From Methanobacteriota archaeon (GTDB lineage: Archaea > Halobacteriota > Bog-38 > Methanoflorentales > Methanoflorentaceae): a stretch of 64,000 bases of DNA. Within the stretch, counting starts at the first letter, position 1; every line of letters starts with the position of its first letter. The stretch spans positions 1,696,001-1,760,000 of the forward strand of contig OY970393.1 of assembly GCA_963720465.1 (NCBI GenBank), given 5' to 3'. This document shows positions 1-10,071 of this stretch, one piece after another. A model generated the notes under the pieces. The model did no database searches. It was not told where the DNA came from and was given only the letters and a program-made list of their open reading frames with translations. The position numbers were made by a program, and so were the translations under genes.

Positions 1-250
1 TGTCAGGCCAATGTATCCAAGCTCATGCGTGTTAGCGGTCGCAACGGTGACGGTGGGCAAGATGGCGGCAAAAGGCGTGTCCAGCACCATCACGGCAGCC
101 GCTGCTACAACTCCCTTGATTAGCAAACTGGTAGGCAAGTCAAGAAAGAGCAGGCAGATTGCGAACGCTAACCGTGGTAGACGCGAGCATCGTTGGGAAG
201 ATAGCTCCCCTCCGAGGTACCCCGACAGCGCTAAACCAGGACCTTAAATA
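1..250 (-). pseudogene. Degenerate C-terminal fragment of a ClC-family channel, paralog of 24946-26286
   Basis: Aligns by eye to 25041-25295 (shared caagatggcggcaaaaggcg, ccgaggtaccc, aggaccttaa) with indels; similarity stops near 250; runs off the window edge. Confidence 0.8.
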
Positions 251-812
251 GACCGGCATCTCAGTCTTTAAAGCTGTCGAATCATACTCACGCACGGAGT
301 CAGCGGAATTGACTGGAAGCACTGCAAACATCCGTTGCCTGAAAATGTGGATCATGCTTGTGTGCAGTATTGGGTAAAAGTGAACTTCGAATCCTAAACC
401 CATTAACAATAACGTGCCCTGCTGTCCTTCCCTTTCTTGCGCTTCTCGAACTCTGTTCAGTCATCTCGTTGAAAAGTGGCGACCTAATAAGTGACTTAAA
501 TTCGTGAGCGTTATAGCCACTATTTAATTCATTGCCAATTACCGGTTGTATCAATATCGAGAGCCACGATAGCGCTATTGGGTTATTCAAAAGACGATCT
601 TACACTTGACTTTCAGAAGCGTGAACGAGCATCTAAAAAACGCGATTGTGTATGGTTATTGTTTCAGCTGTACGTCAATCGCTGCTATTCAGTACACATC
701 TCGCGCGCCCCAACAAATACGATCTAAAAAACTCGAGAAATTCAATTTTTTCCACTCAATAAAGGAATAAATAAATATAACGATTAAACATATTCAACAG
801 GAGGTGAAAATC

Positions 813-971
813 ATGGCTGAGAGAAGACAACTGAGTGGCGGTGGGATGATACTACTTGCTGTTATACTTGCAATCATCTTAGCGCTATTTCCATTCTTGG
901 TAATTTGGCTAGCTTGGCTCGCAATTATCATATTGTTCTTAGGTGGGATTGCTGCCCTATTCACGCGATAA
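813..971 (+). CDS. 52-aa two-TM microprotein (MAERRQLSGGGMILLAVIL...)
   Basis: GGAGGTGA RBS, ATG..TAA, hydrophobic, T-tract downstream; below the ORF-track cutoff. Confidence 0.75.
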   Translation: MAERRQLSGGGMILLAVILAIILALFPFLVIWLAWLAIIILFLGGIAALFTR

Positions 972-1196
972 TTCAGTCATAACCTTGAATACTTAAAATC
1001 TCTTTATTTTTTTCTTCTTCAGGCATAGGTTTCAATATACTGCAGGTACTTATCCTTTCTATCAGCAGTTTCGTCGTTTATTTTTAAATTTAGAGCCGTG
1101 GAGGCCTCGGATATTTTACTTCGACAGAAGGCCTATGAGCTCGTCAAAATCAAAAAAATGCCCTCTGAGTCCCTCTAGACCCACACATAAACGCTT

Positions 1197-1403
1197 TTAC
1201 AAAATAGACGTCTTGAAGCGCCCCCCAGATCCAATGCAACCTTTGCTACCCTCCTCCATATAATATCCAATGCAACATGCCTTTCTACATTTAGTGCGCC
1301 TAAAGGCCTGGCTTACGAGTTTTTTTCCACACCGATCACAAGTAACGAGTACTCTCCCTGGGCGAGTGCTGCCAAAAATTGAAAACCAATCCTTCCAAGA
1401 CAT
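1197..1403 (-). CDS. Small Cys-rich putative Zn-finger protein
   Basis: CDRC...CRKACC; GGTGA upstream of ATG. Confidence 0.5.
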   Translation of the reverse strand: MSWKDWFSIFGSTRPGRVLVTCDRCGKKLVSQAFRRTKCRKACCIGYYMEEGSKGCIGSGGRFKTSIL

Positions 1404-1922
1404 TTTCACCGCGGCTTAAAATGACAGTGTCCGTTAATATCGTCTTATCCTCCTTGCCTATTTAAGACATCATGAGCGTTACCCCTCTGCCGCATAGAGC
1501 CTATTGTAGCCGTCAACTCTGCATGAGTGTGCAGATATTCTTCATAGAGTTCAACATAACTACGCACTTCCTTCTCCCTTTTTCCAAACAGGAGCGTATG
1601 GCGTGCTTTAGGGCTCTTTTATCATAGGTCTCGTATTTCATCTGTCATTGACACCACCTCATAATGTAGCAAAACCTCATATTATCCAGCGCTAAACTCA
1701 GCAGCTATCATTCCCTTTGCAATTCGCGCTCGCGGCCGTTTTGAAAGAAAAAACCAGCATCGCAAAAAATTATCCGGATCGTGAAAAACGTTAGCGAAAG
1801 CAGACTCTCTTTTTGGATCAACTCCAAAACGAGGAAGTGAGGGTGGTCGGGCAAGGGACCCAGAGAATCAAAACAATTGCCTCGAAACTCGACTCCGCCG
1901 ATGAATTGATCACCCTATTTCG

Positions 1923-2577
1923 TTATCCTCCGAGTGTGATATCTTGCTTTTTATACCAATCGAGCGCAGCGTAAAAATGTTCTGGCTTAAAAGCTGGCCA
2001 ATACTCATCAATGACGTAGATATCGGCATATACTGCTTGTGCTGGCAAAAAGCCGCTTAATCGGCGTCTGCCCCCCCCATCGGATAATGAGATCGATCCG
2101 CGAAATATCGGACGAGCGAAGCATCTTTATGACGCTCGGCGTCCTTGTCTCCTTCTGCGGCCAGCGTGTGTGAGCTTGCAGATCCCATTGCCAACTATAA
2201 TTGACCAAGAAGTTCACCTTCATCGTCCCTTTGCCAAATGACGTGCACGTTGTGTAAGGGAGAAGCTCTTTTGGGAACATGGCGGATTCTGTGTCTCCTA
2301 AAACGAGAAAGCGAACATCTTCACCTTTAATAATCTCCACAGCGTCGATGCAGGCTTTCTGGAAGGCTTTCCTTTGGTGTTCTGCTCTCTTTGTATTATC
2401 TTGAGTAAAGCCATAAGCAGTAACCTCCTTTATCCCCGCTTTGATGCAAAGCCGCAAAACTTCAAGGCCTGGCGGCAAACCAGCCTCATAGCCAGCCTCC
2501 TTGGGCAATCCTCTCTCTATTGCCCATCGTCGGTTCCCATCAGGTATGACGCCAATGTGCTTTGGTACTTTGTTCAT
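1923..2577 (-). pseudogene. cis-prenyltransferase (UppS-like), frameshifted in a G8 run
   Basis: PKHIGVIPDGNRRWA motif; after DLIIRWGG the expected RRRLSGFLP...YADIYVIDEYWP...ITLGG* continues in another frame; C8 tract at 2071-2078. Confidence 0.85.
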
Positions 2578-2803
2578 GTGGTCTGAATGGTCAGTAGCTC
2601 ATGCTCTCATTATACGAAAAGCCAAGCAAGCAATGAACACCCTACGGGAGCCTTGCTAAGCTTGGCAGCGACCTTCAGATGATCAGAGCGATCACCTAAT
2701 ATTTAAGTAATTCCTGTGCGGCAGGCCAGGCGTCCCGTAATGACCTGTGCAACAAAGCGGCAGGAGTTGTTTCTCGCCGCACAAGTTTGAAGGAGAGAAT
2801 ATC

Positions 2804-3277
2804 ATGACGACACACAAAGGACCAGCCTCGCTACCGAGCCACCAAGTTCCTGAAAAAAAGCAGACAAGTTTGGGGCTTTATGTGACGGCGAAAGAGGCTT
2901 ATGAGATGTGGAAGACTGCGCCCGAGCGGGTCAACATCCTCGACGTTCGCACCCCTGAAGAGTACGTTTTCGTCGGCCACGCGGAAATGGCGAGGAACAT
3001 TCCCCTCGTCTTCGTAAAACACCAGTGGGACGCTGACAGCAACCAGTTCGTTATGGAGCCCAACCCCGATTTCATCTCCCGCGTGAAGGGTCTGTTCGCG
3101 CCCACCGACACGCTGTTGGTCATGTGCCGGACGGGGGGCCGTAGCGCCAAGGCGGTCAACGCCTTGCCAAATCAGGGTTTGCGAACGTTTACAACATCAT
3201 CGACGGCATGGAAGGAGACAAAGTTGAACGCGCCGGCCGACAGCTATAGAGAGAAAGGACACAAAAGGCAAATGTAG
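2804..3277 (+). pseudogene. Rhodanese-like sulfurtransferase, frameshifted and truncated
   Basis: LDVRTPEEY, CRTGGRS; GFANVYNIIDGMEGD lies in a shifted frame after about 3167. Confidence 0.75.
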
Positions 3278-3317
3278 TTATAAACTGTGGAACATCTGCG
3301 AGTAAAAAGAGAGAAAA

Positions 3318-4028
3318 ATGAATTCGTATAGAAAGACCGCCATAATTGTCGGAGTATTATTTATAATTGCGACAGTTGCGTCTTTATTAAGCGTTGTTTT
3401 TTTAGGTTCTACTCTAACTGCTCAAAATTATCTTACGACTGTCTCAGCAAACGAAAACCAAGTGCTCATAGCAGTGATATTTGAGTTAATAGGTGCCGTT
3501 TCAGTTTTTAGCATCGCAGTTATGCTGTTTCCAGTCCTTAAGCAGTATACTGAAAGTTTAGCGCTTGAGTATGTTGGTTTCAGGCTTATTGAGGCCGTTT
3601 TCACTATCGTTGGTTCTCTCAGTCTGCTATCACTATTAACGTTAAGTCAGGAGTACGTAGCAGGAGCACTGGATGTCTCATATTACCAACCGCTAGGCAC
3701 CGTATTGCTGGCATTACGTACGTGGTCCAGTTTCTATTTGGTGGCTTTGATCTTTGGTTTAGGAAGCCTGACTCTTAATTATGTATTGTACCAATCAAAA
3801 CTCGTTCCTCGATTGATATCAGTCTGGGGTCTCGTTGGAGCCGCATTAATCTTATTATATGCCGCGTTAAGTTTGTTCGTCCTTAAAACGAGTCTGATAT
3901 CAACGACCTGGACCGTATTGGCCGTTCCAATAGCCGTGCAGGAAATGGTATTCGCGGTATGGCTTATCGTAAAAGGATTCAATCCATCAGCAATCGCTTC
4001 CTTGTCTGCCAAAACAGATACAAACTAA
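3318..4028 (+). CDS. DUF4386-like multi-pass membrane protein
   Basis: RKTAIIVGVLFIIAT start, SKLVPR.IS.WG, QEMVFAVWLIVKGFN end. Confidence 0.8.
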   Translation: MNSYRKTAIIVGVLFIIATVASLLSVVFLGSTLTAQNYLTTVSANENQVLIAVIFELIGAVSVFSIAVMLFPVLKQYTESLALEYVGFRLIEAVFTIVGSLSLLSLLTLSQEYVAGALDVSYYQPLGTVLLALRTWSSFYLVALIFGLGSLTLNYVLYQSKLVPRLISVWGLVGAALILLYAALSLFVLKTSLISTTWTVLAVPIAVQEMVFAVWLIVKGFNPSAIASLSAKTDTN

Positions 4029-4068
4029 GTTTGATGAAACGTGGTTTTGACCTATATCTAGTGAGGGT

Positions 4069-4677
4069 ATGTCCAAGAAAGTGTTAATCGTCTACGGAAG
4101 CCGTTACGGCAGCACCGAGGAGATCGCACGCGCTATGGTAGAGATCTTAGATGGGGAGGGTCTCGAAACACAGCTGCTTGATCTCAAACACACGAAGCAG
4201 AAGCAATGGCCCGCATTGGCGTCGTTTGATGGCCTGCTCATCGGCTCGGGGATCAAGATTAACCGATGGACGAAGGAGGCGACAGCCTTTCTTAAGGCGC
4301 ACGCTGACGAGCTCAAAGGGTTAAAGCCGAAAGGGTTAGTTGTCGGCGTGTTTGTAAGCAGTGGGATGGCGTCGACTCCCGGGAAGCAGGAAGAAGCGCG
4401 GCGGAAGTATCTCGAGGAGGTGCTCAGCGACGTTGGCATCACTGACGCAGTCGATATGTACGACGCGTTTGGCGCCGTATACGATCTCTCGCCCTCTGCC
4501 CCCATGGGCTTTCTTGACAAGCGAATGCTCGGCATGGCTGCAAAACAGATGGCCAAAGACACCGACACCCCGTTAACAGAAGGGGCTCGTAATGACTTAC
4601 GCGATTGGGATCAGATCCGGGCATTTACGGAGCATTTCGCGGAGTTGGTGAGCGCAGGAGATAGCAAGCAATGTTGA
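4069..4677 (+). CDS. Flavodoxin-domain protein (HemG/Flavodoxin_5-like)
   Basis: YGSRYGSTEEIA FMN loop; DLRDWDQIRAF C-terminal motif. Confidence 0.85.
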   Translation: MSKKVLIVYGSRYGSTEEIARAMVEILDGEGLETQLLDLKHTKQKQWPALASFDGLLIGSGIKINRWTKEATAFLKAHADELKGLKPKGLVVGVFVSSGMASTPGKQEEARRKYLEEVLSDVGITDAVDMYDAFGAVYDLSPSAPMGFLDKRMLGMAAKQMAKDTDTPLTEGARNDLRDWDQIRAFTEHFAELVSAGDSKQC

Positions 4678-4800
4678 CGGTGTCAGATGCATCTTGTTCG
4701 GCCCTCTGCTGGCAACGCGCTCACAAAGCGTGCAAATAGCAATTGTCATAGCTGGAGGCGCGGGATAGAGTAAAGTAATATTGCAGCATGAGGTCGTGCA

Positions 4801-4878
4801 GGAACTGCGGACGCCCCAAGCAGTGTGTTTTAGTCTCACAAACGACACAGGTCCTGTTCTTGGGGGCGTCCGCACTCC
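4801..4878. repeat. Long imperfect inverted repeat / hairpin
   Basis: tgcggacgccccaag (4806-4820) pairs with cttgggggcgtccgca (4859-4874). Confidence 0.7.
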
Positions 4879-4940
4879 AGCTATTACTTTCTGTGAGCTT
4901 TTAGCTAACAATTACCCCGATAGGGCCCGTATCTTACCCT

Positions 4941-5084
4941 ATAAACAACGACCAGGCAGAGGTCGATGAGCTCATCATTGAAATCGCGCACTACAAAAAC
5001 GACTATGCCGATATGGCCGCCGAAAGACTTTTCAGGAAGTGCTCGACCAGTTGGGAGTCTTACCAATACCTTCGGGACTGTTAG
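4941..5084 (+). pseudogene. Repeat family A, copy 1 (ATA start, truncated)
   Basis: INNDQAEVDELIIEIAHYKNDYADMAAERLFRKCSTSWESYQYLRDC*; homologous to 9013, 39569 and 42755. Confidence 0.85.
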
Positions 5085-5113
5085 CCCCGGCAGGAGAGAG
5101 TAAAGCCACGATA

Positions 5114-5533
5114 CTACGGCACTAAGACAGTATCAATAATGTGGATGACACCGTTGCTGCCTTCAATATCGGCCTCTTTTACCACCGCGTCATTGACCTT
5201 TATGCCGTGGCGCAACCAGCGCTGCTCCTCAATCTTGAGCGTTGCGCCTTGCATGGTAGTAACGCTTTTTTCCTTGCGCAAGTTCGAGGCCACAAGCCTC
5301 TCTGGAACGACGTGATAGGTCAAGATGTTCTTCGCTTTGTCAGCGTCTTCGAGCGCACTCATTATCGTGCTTCCTTGAAGCTTATCGAATGCTTCGTTCT
5401 CAGGAGCAAAAAGCGTAATCCCTTGGGCATTTTTAAGGGTATCGGCTAATCCCGCCATCACAATCGTACTGTGGACTCTCGATAGTTCATCGATGTGCGA
5501 CAGAATCGTAACGACATCTAAGTTGAATTTCAT
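5114..5533 (-). CDS. Fasciclin (FAS1) domain protein
   Basis: TLFAPENEAF, ILTYHVVP, SNGVIHIIDTVL; AGGTGA RBS. Confidence 0.9.
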   Translation of the reverse strand: MKFNLDVVTILSHIDELSRVHSTIVMAGLADTLKNAQGITLFAPENEAFDKLQGSTIMSALEDADKAKNILTYHVVPERLVASNLRKEKSVTTMQGATLKIEEQRWLRHGIKVNDAVVKEADIEGSNGVIHIIDTVLVP

Positions 5534-5770
5534 CTTAATCACCTGCTTTGCTGACCAGCCGCGCTGGATTTGCTTATAAAGACTTGTGCATTTAAGAAGT
5601 TTTCTCAAATTATTGAAGGAAGCGCCCGTAATCGCTTGCGAATCTCTTCTTTTTTTTTCACAAGTTTAGTTTCTCACCGCACGCGGCATGGTCTTTTTGC
5701 GCTGTGCTCTGCAGACACGTCTATCATGAACTGGACTAGGTGGCATCGTTCGTCGAGGGATGCACCGATA

Positions 5771-5887
5771 GTGAACTGCAAGAGATGCGAAAACTACTCT
5801 CACTGCGGATTGCGCGGCGATAGAAAGCATGTTCCGTATTGCGTACATTACAGACGTTCTCGACCTATTCAGAGCTTCTTGTGTTGA
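5771..5887 (+). CDS. Possible 38-aa Cys-rich microprotein
   Basis: CKRCENYSHC...YC; GAGGGA upstream of GTG. Confidence 0.35.
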   Translation: MNCKRCENYSHCGLRGDRKHVPYCVHYRRSRPIQSFLC

Positions 5888-6023
5888 TTCATTTAAATTT
5901 GAAAGCTTCAAGCTTCTCGAGGCTAAAATAGAGGCCGCTTTGTCGGCAGAAAGGCCATTAGAAAAAACCACACATGAAATATGTCATGCCGTCCATGCGT
6001 TAGCACCGAGTAGGAGGGAGAAA

Positions 6024-6299
6024 ATGCTCACCAAGGCGTTAGTTTTGACGGACGACGAGGCGGAGCTGCTAAGTCGCGCGCTTGAAGAAGTGAAGACCAA
6101 AACCTTTGAAGAGTTCCAGATTAGCCTAGATGATTTAGGTGCTCTCAACGCTCTTGTTTCACATTTCAGGGACGCAGCAGAAAAGGAACCGGATAAGGAA
6201 GCACATCAAATATCCGTTAACCCATTGAGCAAACGCCTCTTTTTAGGGCACTTCATCGGTAGAGAAGGCGGTACAGACACAGCGGGCGGGTCGCAGTAG
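6024..6299 (+). CDS. Repeat family B, copy 1 (intact, 91 aa, unknown function)
   Basis: AGGAGG RBS; MLTKALVLTDDEAELLSRALEEVKTK...KRLFLGHFIGR; homologous to 33357, 42371 and 9867. Confidence 0.8.
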   Translation: MLTKALVLTDDEAELLSRALEEVKTKTFEEFQISLDDLGALNALVSHFRDAAEKEPDKEAHQISVNPLSKRLFLGHFIGREGGTDTAGGSQ

Positions 6300-6417
6300 A
6301 GTTGACCTCGCACGAGCAACTGACACAAGTAGATTGCAGCACTCAGGCCACATAGCGCGCAAATCCGGGCGAAAGGACTTATTCTTGCACGTTAAATGAC
6401 GTGACAGGTGACAAACC

Positions 6418-6726
6418 ATGCTTTGCTTGGTATATATTGAGGTTCCCGCAGAAGTAGGCACTCGCGTAGATTTCGAAGAACAGGGCCCCGGGCAAATCAT
6501 CGGGTATATGATGAATAGGTTCGCGCCCGAGGCGGTGTATATAAAGGCCGGCACGCGTGCTAGTTTTATGGTTGCCGATCTGAATGAGACACAGATGACG
6601 GAGCTTATGCTTATTGTGTCGAAGAATTTCGGCACGTATCCGGAGTTCACGGCTCTCATTCCCGCAGCGGCTATTCCCGAAATGGCTGGAAAGGCGATAG
6701 AAGCGGTGAAGAAGGCACAAATTTAG
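6418..6726 (+). CDS. Hypothetical 102-aa alpha/beta protein
   Basis: AGGTGA RBS, clean ORF. Confidence 0.75.
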   Translation: MLCLVYIEVPAEVGTRVDFEEQGPGQIIGYMMNRFAPEAVYIKAGTRASFMVADLNETQMTELMLIVSKNFGTYPEFTALIPAAAIPEMAGKAIEAVKKAQI

Positions 6727-7186
6727 CGTGGTTTTTACTAAAGTCGTCGATCGAATCAGTTTCACCCAATCCATGGCCGATCCCAAAATGACTTCTTAGA
6801 CTAGCTATCAACGGTGCTGGCAGTCTTGGGCAGGCCAGACGCCACACAGAAAGAGAGTGATACATCAAAAAATAGCGGTGATATCAAAATTACGGTAGCG
6901 CGTACTTAGCTCGTTAACACATTGAGATAAACACCGTCTCAACGGTTGCATTACTACTCTTCTTTTTTTATCATCGTGGCTCATAACGCTGTGATAATGT
7001 GTACAATCGTGATAATTTAACCGCATCCGGCCACTAACTGCAGGCTCAAAAATCGTGCGGCGCGTGACGATCTTGGACACTTCTCAAAATAGTGAAAAAT
7101 GTATCCTAAATCGTCGTCTCGTATATGCTCCATTATATGCTTTCGTCTAGCGAAATTGGTGTCGTTATTACGTGTTTTAGCGCATG

Positions 7187-7477
7187 CTACTTTTCTGTGT
7201 CCTCTTGGCCCAATTCCTTTGCGATATCATGTAGTGTTTTGTCGGTTTTTGCTCTCAGTTCTGCCCTCTCTTCTGGTGTCATAACCGCTTTTTTCTCCAA
7301 GAGATCCATTAGGTTTGTAATAAGCAAAGTATGCCACTCGATCTCTGCCGCAATTCTAACCGTAGCCCCAAAAATCCCTTCATAATCAGAAAGGCCTTTT
7401 TCACGAGCTTCTTTCACTGCATCCATCACGCAATCTAATAGACTGTTGAAGCTGGTCGGTATGTCTTCTTCCGTCAT
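7187..7477 (-). CDS. Hypothetical acidic helical protein
   Basis: GGGGTGA RBS, clean 96-aa ORF. Confidence 0.7.
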   Translation of the reverse strand: MTEEDIPTSFNSLLDCVMDAVKEAREKGLSDYEGIFGATVRIAAEIEWHTLLITNLMDLLEKKAVMTPEERAELRAKTDKTLHDIAKELGQEDTEK

Positions 7478-8227
7478 TTTTCACCCCACATATCGTTTAT
7501 GTCGCTCACGTTATGAGTTTGTTAAAGGGTGGCCCTATGCCCCGCCTTGGGTAAACTCAAAGAAAATCGCGTTTTGTGAGACGCCGCCTTGATAGAGTAT
7601 GTATTCGTCGCTGAAATATGGTGTTCCGGGCTTTTGAAGGTTCGTATCTTGTGTTATAATACCTCCAACCAGGTCCTGAAGCAGCCGCCGACTGTCCGAA
7701 ACCCGTCGCATTCGCTTGGTCGACTTTCTCGTCGGTTATGGGTTTTTCTAATGTCTGATATCTCGCAGTTTGATACGATACTGTGTCGTTGTCGGCTGAT
7801 ACCGCCGTGTGTTGCCATTCGGCAAGGTGTAAAAAACGCCTAAATAGTCCGTTGAGCGATTCGAGTTCGCCGGGTATTCTGTTATGATGACACGCCAGGA
7901 TATTCGGCTTTAAGCGCTGTCTCTAACCACTTCAGACTGGCTCAAACGTCCTTTACCTCATCAGAAAAGATGATTGTGAGACCCATATCCTGATCCACAC
8001 GTTTTTCTAGCCTAGCCCAGCTGTCTGGATACTTGTGCCCTCCGTAGCTCCTAGCTCATTATTTCTTTTTTCGATTTCCTTTGATTTACGGGGCCCGTTC
8101 ACTGGCTGACGCAGAAGTCCACGAGTGACTGCCTTGGAGCTGCCTGTAGGACAGACTAACAGGACTGCTAGACTATACAGACCTGGACTCAGGAAATACC
8201 ATAGCCTTTACTTGCTAAAAGTGGGGG

Positions 8228-8860
8228 CTATAATGTCGGGACGCGCTGCGAGAGTTCGGCCCAGTCGCTGCCGATGGACTTCTTGATGAACTCCTTTGTT
8301 GGGGCGAAGACAGGTTCAGGCATCATCATCTGATAAATGTGGACCATAGTCTCACGATCGTCCAGTCCCACCAGCGGAAACAGCCACGCGACCAGTTCCG
8401 AAAATCGTTCCTGGGGCACCTTGCTTGCCATGATGCCGATCGCTTTCCCTTGCTCGGGCAATGGGACTCGTTCCTTAAAAATCCGGTAGAGGTGTGTATC
8501 CTCTTTACCTAAGTGGATGTTGAGATGAAAACGGAACGCAGCGGTGGCTCGCGCGGTTGTTAACGGGTCGCGTGAAGCGTACGATTTGCTCAACTCGTCA
8601 AATGCCGCGTCCAAACCACGGTGGTCTTTCACATAGGCCTCAGCAACCAGGGGGGCGACACCCTCAAGTCGGGGGAATACAGCCTCCTCCTCGCCGTCTG
8701 CGTGCCAAACCAATACTTCGTTGAAGAACCGAAAACGCTCGACGGTGGCGGCTAGGCCCTCCTTTCCCCTAGCTGCGTCCAACGCTGCGGCATCGATATG
8801 CCCCATGTCATTCCTGAACGCATTGTGAAAAACCCGTATAACATCGAGTGGTTGGGTCAT
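8228..8860 (-). CDS. Hemerythrin/HHE-domain protein
   Basis: H...HADGEEEAVFP...DH...HLGKED motifs. Confidence 0.85.
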   Translation of the reverse strand: MTQPLDVIRVFHNAFRNDMGHIDAAALDAARGKEGLAATVERFRFFNEVLVWHADGEEEAVFPRLEGVAPLVAEAYVKDHRGLDAAFDELSKSYASRDPLTTARATAAFRFHLNIHLGKEDTHLYRIFKERVPLPEQGKAIGIMASKVPQERFSELVAWLFPLVGLDDRETMVHIYQMMMPEPVFAPTKEFIKKSIGSDWAELSQRVPTL

Positions 8861-9012
8861 GATCGTTCCTGCGAAGTTCGCTCATAAAAAGCTTGTTCTG
8901 CCATTGCAGCGGATGTCACGCTTTTTTATCAACTAAAAGCGATTTCAATCTTACCACACTTTCGCCCTACTTTTAGCTAACAATTACCCAGGTAGACCCA
9001 CTCATCTTGCCT

Positions 9013-9180
9013 ATGAACAACGATCGGGCAGAGGTCGACGAACTCATCCTTGAAATCGCGGACTACAAAAGCGATTATGCCGATATGGCTGCCGAAAAAC
9101 TTTTGCGGAAGTGCTCGACCAGCTGGGAAGCGTATCAATACCTGCAAGACCGCGTGCACGATGGATGGCTTCCACGATAA
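9013..9180 (+). pseudogene. Repeat family A, copy 2 (55 aa, 3'-truncated)
   Basis: MNNDRAEVDELILEIADYKSDYADMAAEKLLRKCSTSWEAYQYLQDRVHDGWLPR*. Confidence 0.85.
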
Positions 9181-9236
9181 CAGGGCAAACCTTTAACGCC
9201 GTACGATGCAGCATTGAACGCTAAAAAGGGGGAATT

Positions 9237-9800
9237 ATGGACGAAAGAACGAAGAAGTTTATTCCACTTTTTGTCCTGATAGGGCTGGCCATAGTAGCCG
9301 TCGCAGTCTACATAATAGTATACCATGTCGGAATGCCGACCCGAAATCTGTCAGGCGCGCCAGCGGGTTTTTGGCTTGGTCTATGGCAAGGTCTTATCGT
9401 TTTCCTATCATTCATAGCCAGTTGGTTTGACAACAATATCGTGCTTTACCAGCTCAACAATAATGGATTTTGGTATAACCTCGGGTACGTTATTGGCCTT
9501 ATTGTCCTTGGGGTTGGCGGCGGAGGCAGCGCAAGAGCTTCCAGGACACAAGAAAGACCCAAGATGCGGGATCAGGAAGCGACGCAGGGTCATGGAGCCT
9601 CACCACCCTCGCTGTTGCTGTTTGCCGGCATCGCTATCGCATTTGCGTGGCTGCTGTTCGTGGGACTCTGGTTGTTTTTCTATGCCAGTAGTTTTAACAT
9701 CTGGCAAAACATCGGGACGTTCGTCATCTCTCTTGCGATTGTTGCAATATTAGAGACCGCAATCTGGGTCCCGTGGGGGCTGAAACAGCCTCGCAAGTAA
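9237..9800 (+). CDS. Membrane protein, apparently two hydrophobic domains joined by a polar linker
   Basis: GFWLGLWQG..NNNGFWYNLGY domain, linker, then WLFFYASSFNIWQNIG domain. Confidence 0.75.
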   Translation: MDERTKKFIPLFVLIGLAIVAVAVYIIVYHVGMPTRNLSGAPAGFWLGLWQGLIVFLSFIASWFDNNIVLYQLNNNGFWYNLGYVIGLIVLGVGGGGSARASRTQERPKMRDQEATQGHGASPPSLLLFAGIAIAFAWLLFVGLWLFFYASSFNIWQNIGTFVISLAIVAILETAIWVPWGLKQPRK

Positions 9801-9866
9801 AGAGTTCGCGATGTGGGCTGCTATTCAAGGGGTTCAACACCAAGCTCGTAATCGCTGAGTGACGAG

Positions 9867-9935
9867 TCACTCCCTTTCTACACCGGCTGCTATCAAGAAG
9901 CGTCCCCAGGACAAGCCGCTTACGCGAAGGGCTGA
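9867..9935 (-). pseudogene. Repeat family B, C-terminal fragment
   Basis: PSRKRLVLGTLL...GVERE* versus PGKRLVLGTLVGRPDAERE* at 33101. Confidence 0.65.
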
Positions 9936-10071
9936 AATCTCCTCGCTCTAACATCGAAAACCTCTTGAGTCTAGCCCTAGGCGTCAACCCAAGCATTGGA
10001 TGACCATGCAGTCGCTGGGTCGACCAATTATCGCGCAGGACCCTGTGAGCAGTTCCTGTGTGACCTCGTCG

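Noticed and set aside
5829-6023. Upstream extension of the 156-aa ORF 5829-6299
   Set aside because: The RBS and the paralogs place the true start at 6024; the extension crosses the conserved non-coding leader
7560-8090. Possible decayed gene on the minus strand
   Set aside because: Coding-looking patches are broken by many stops and no family is recognisable
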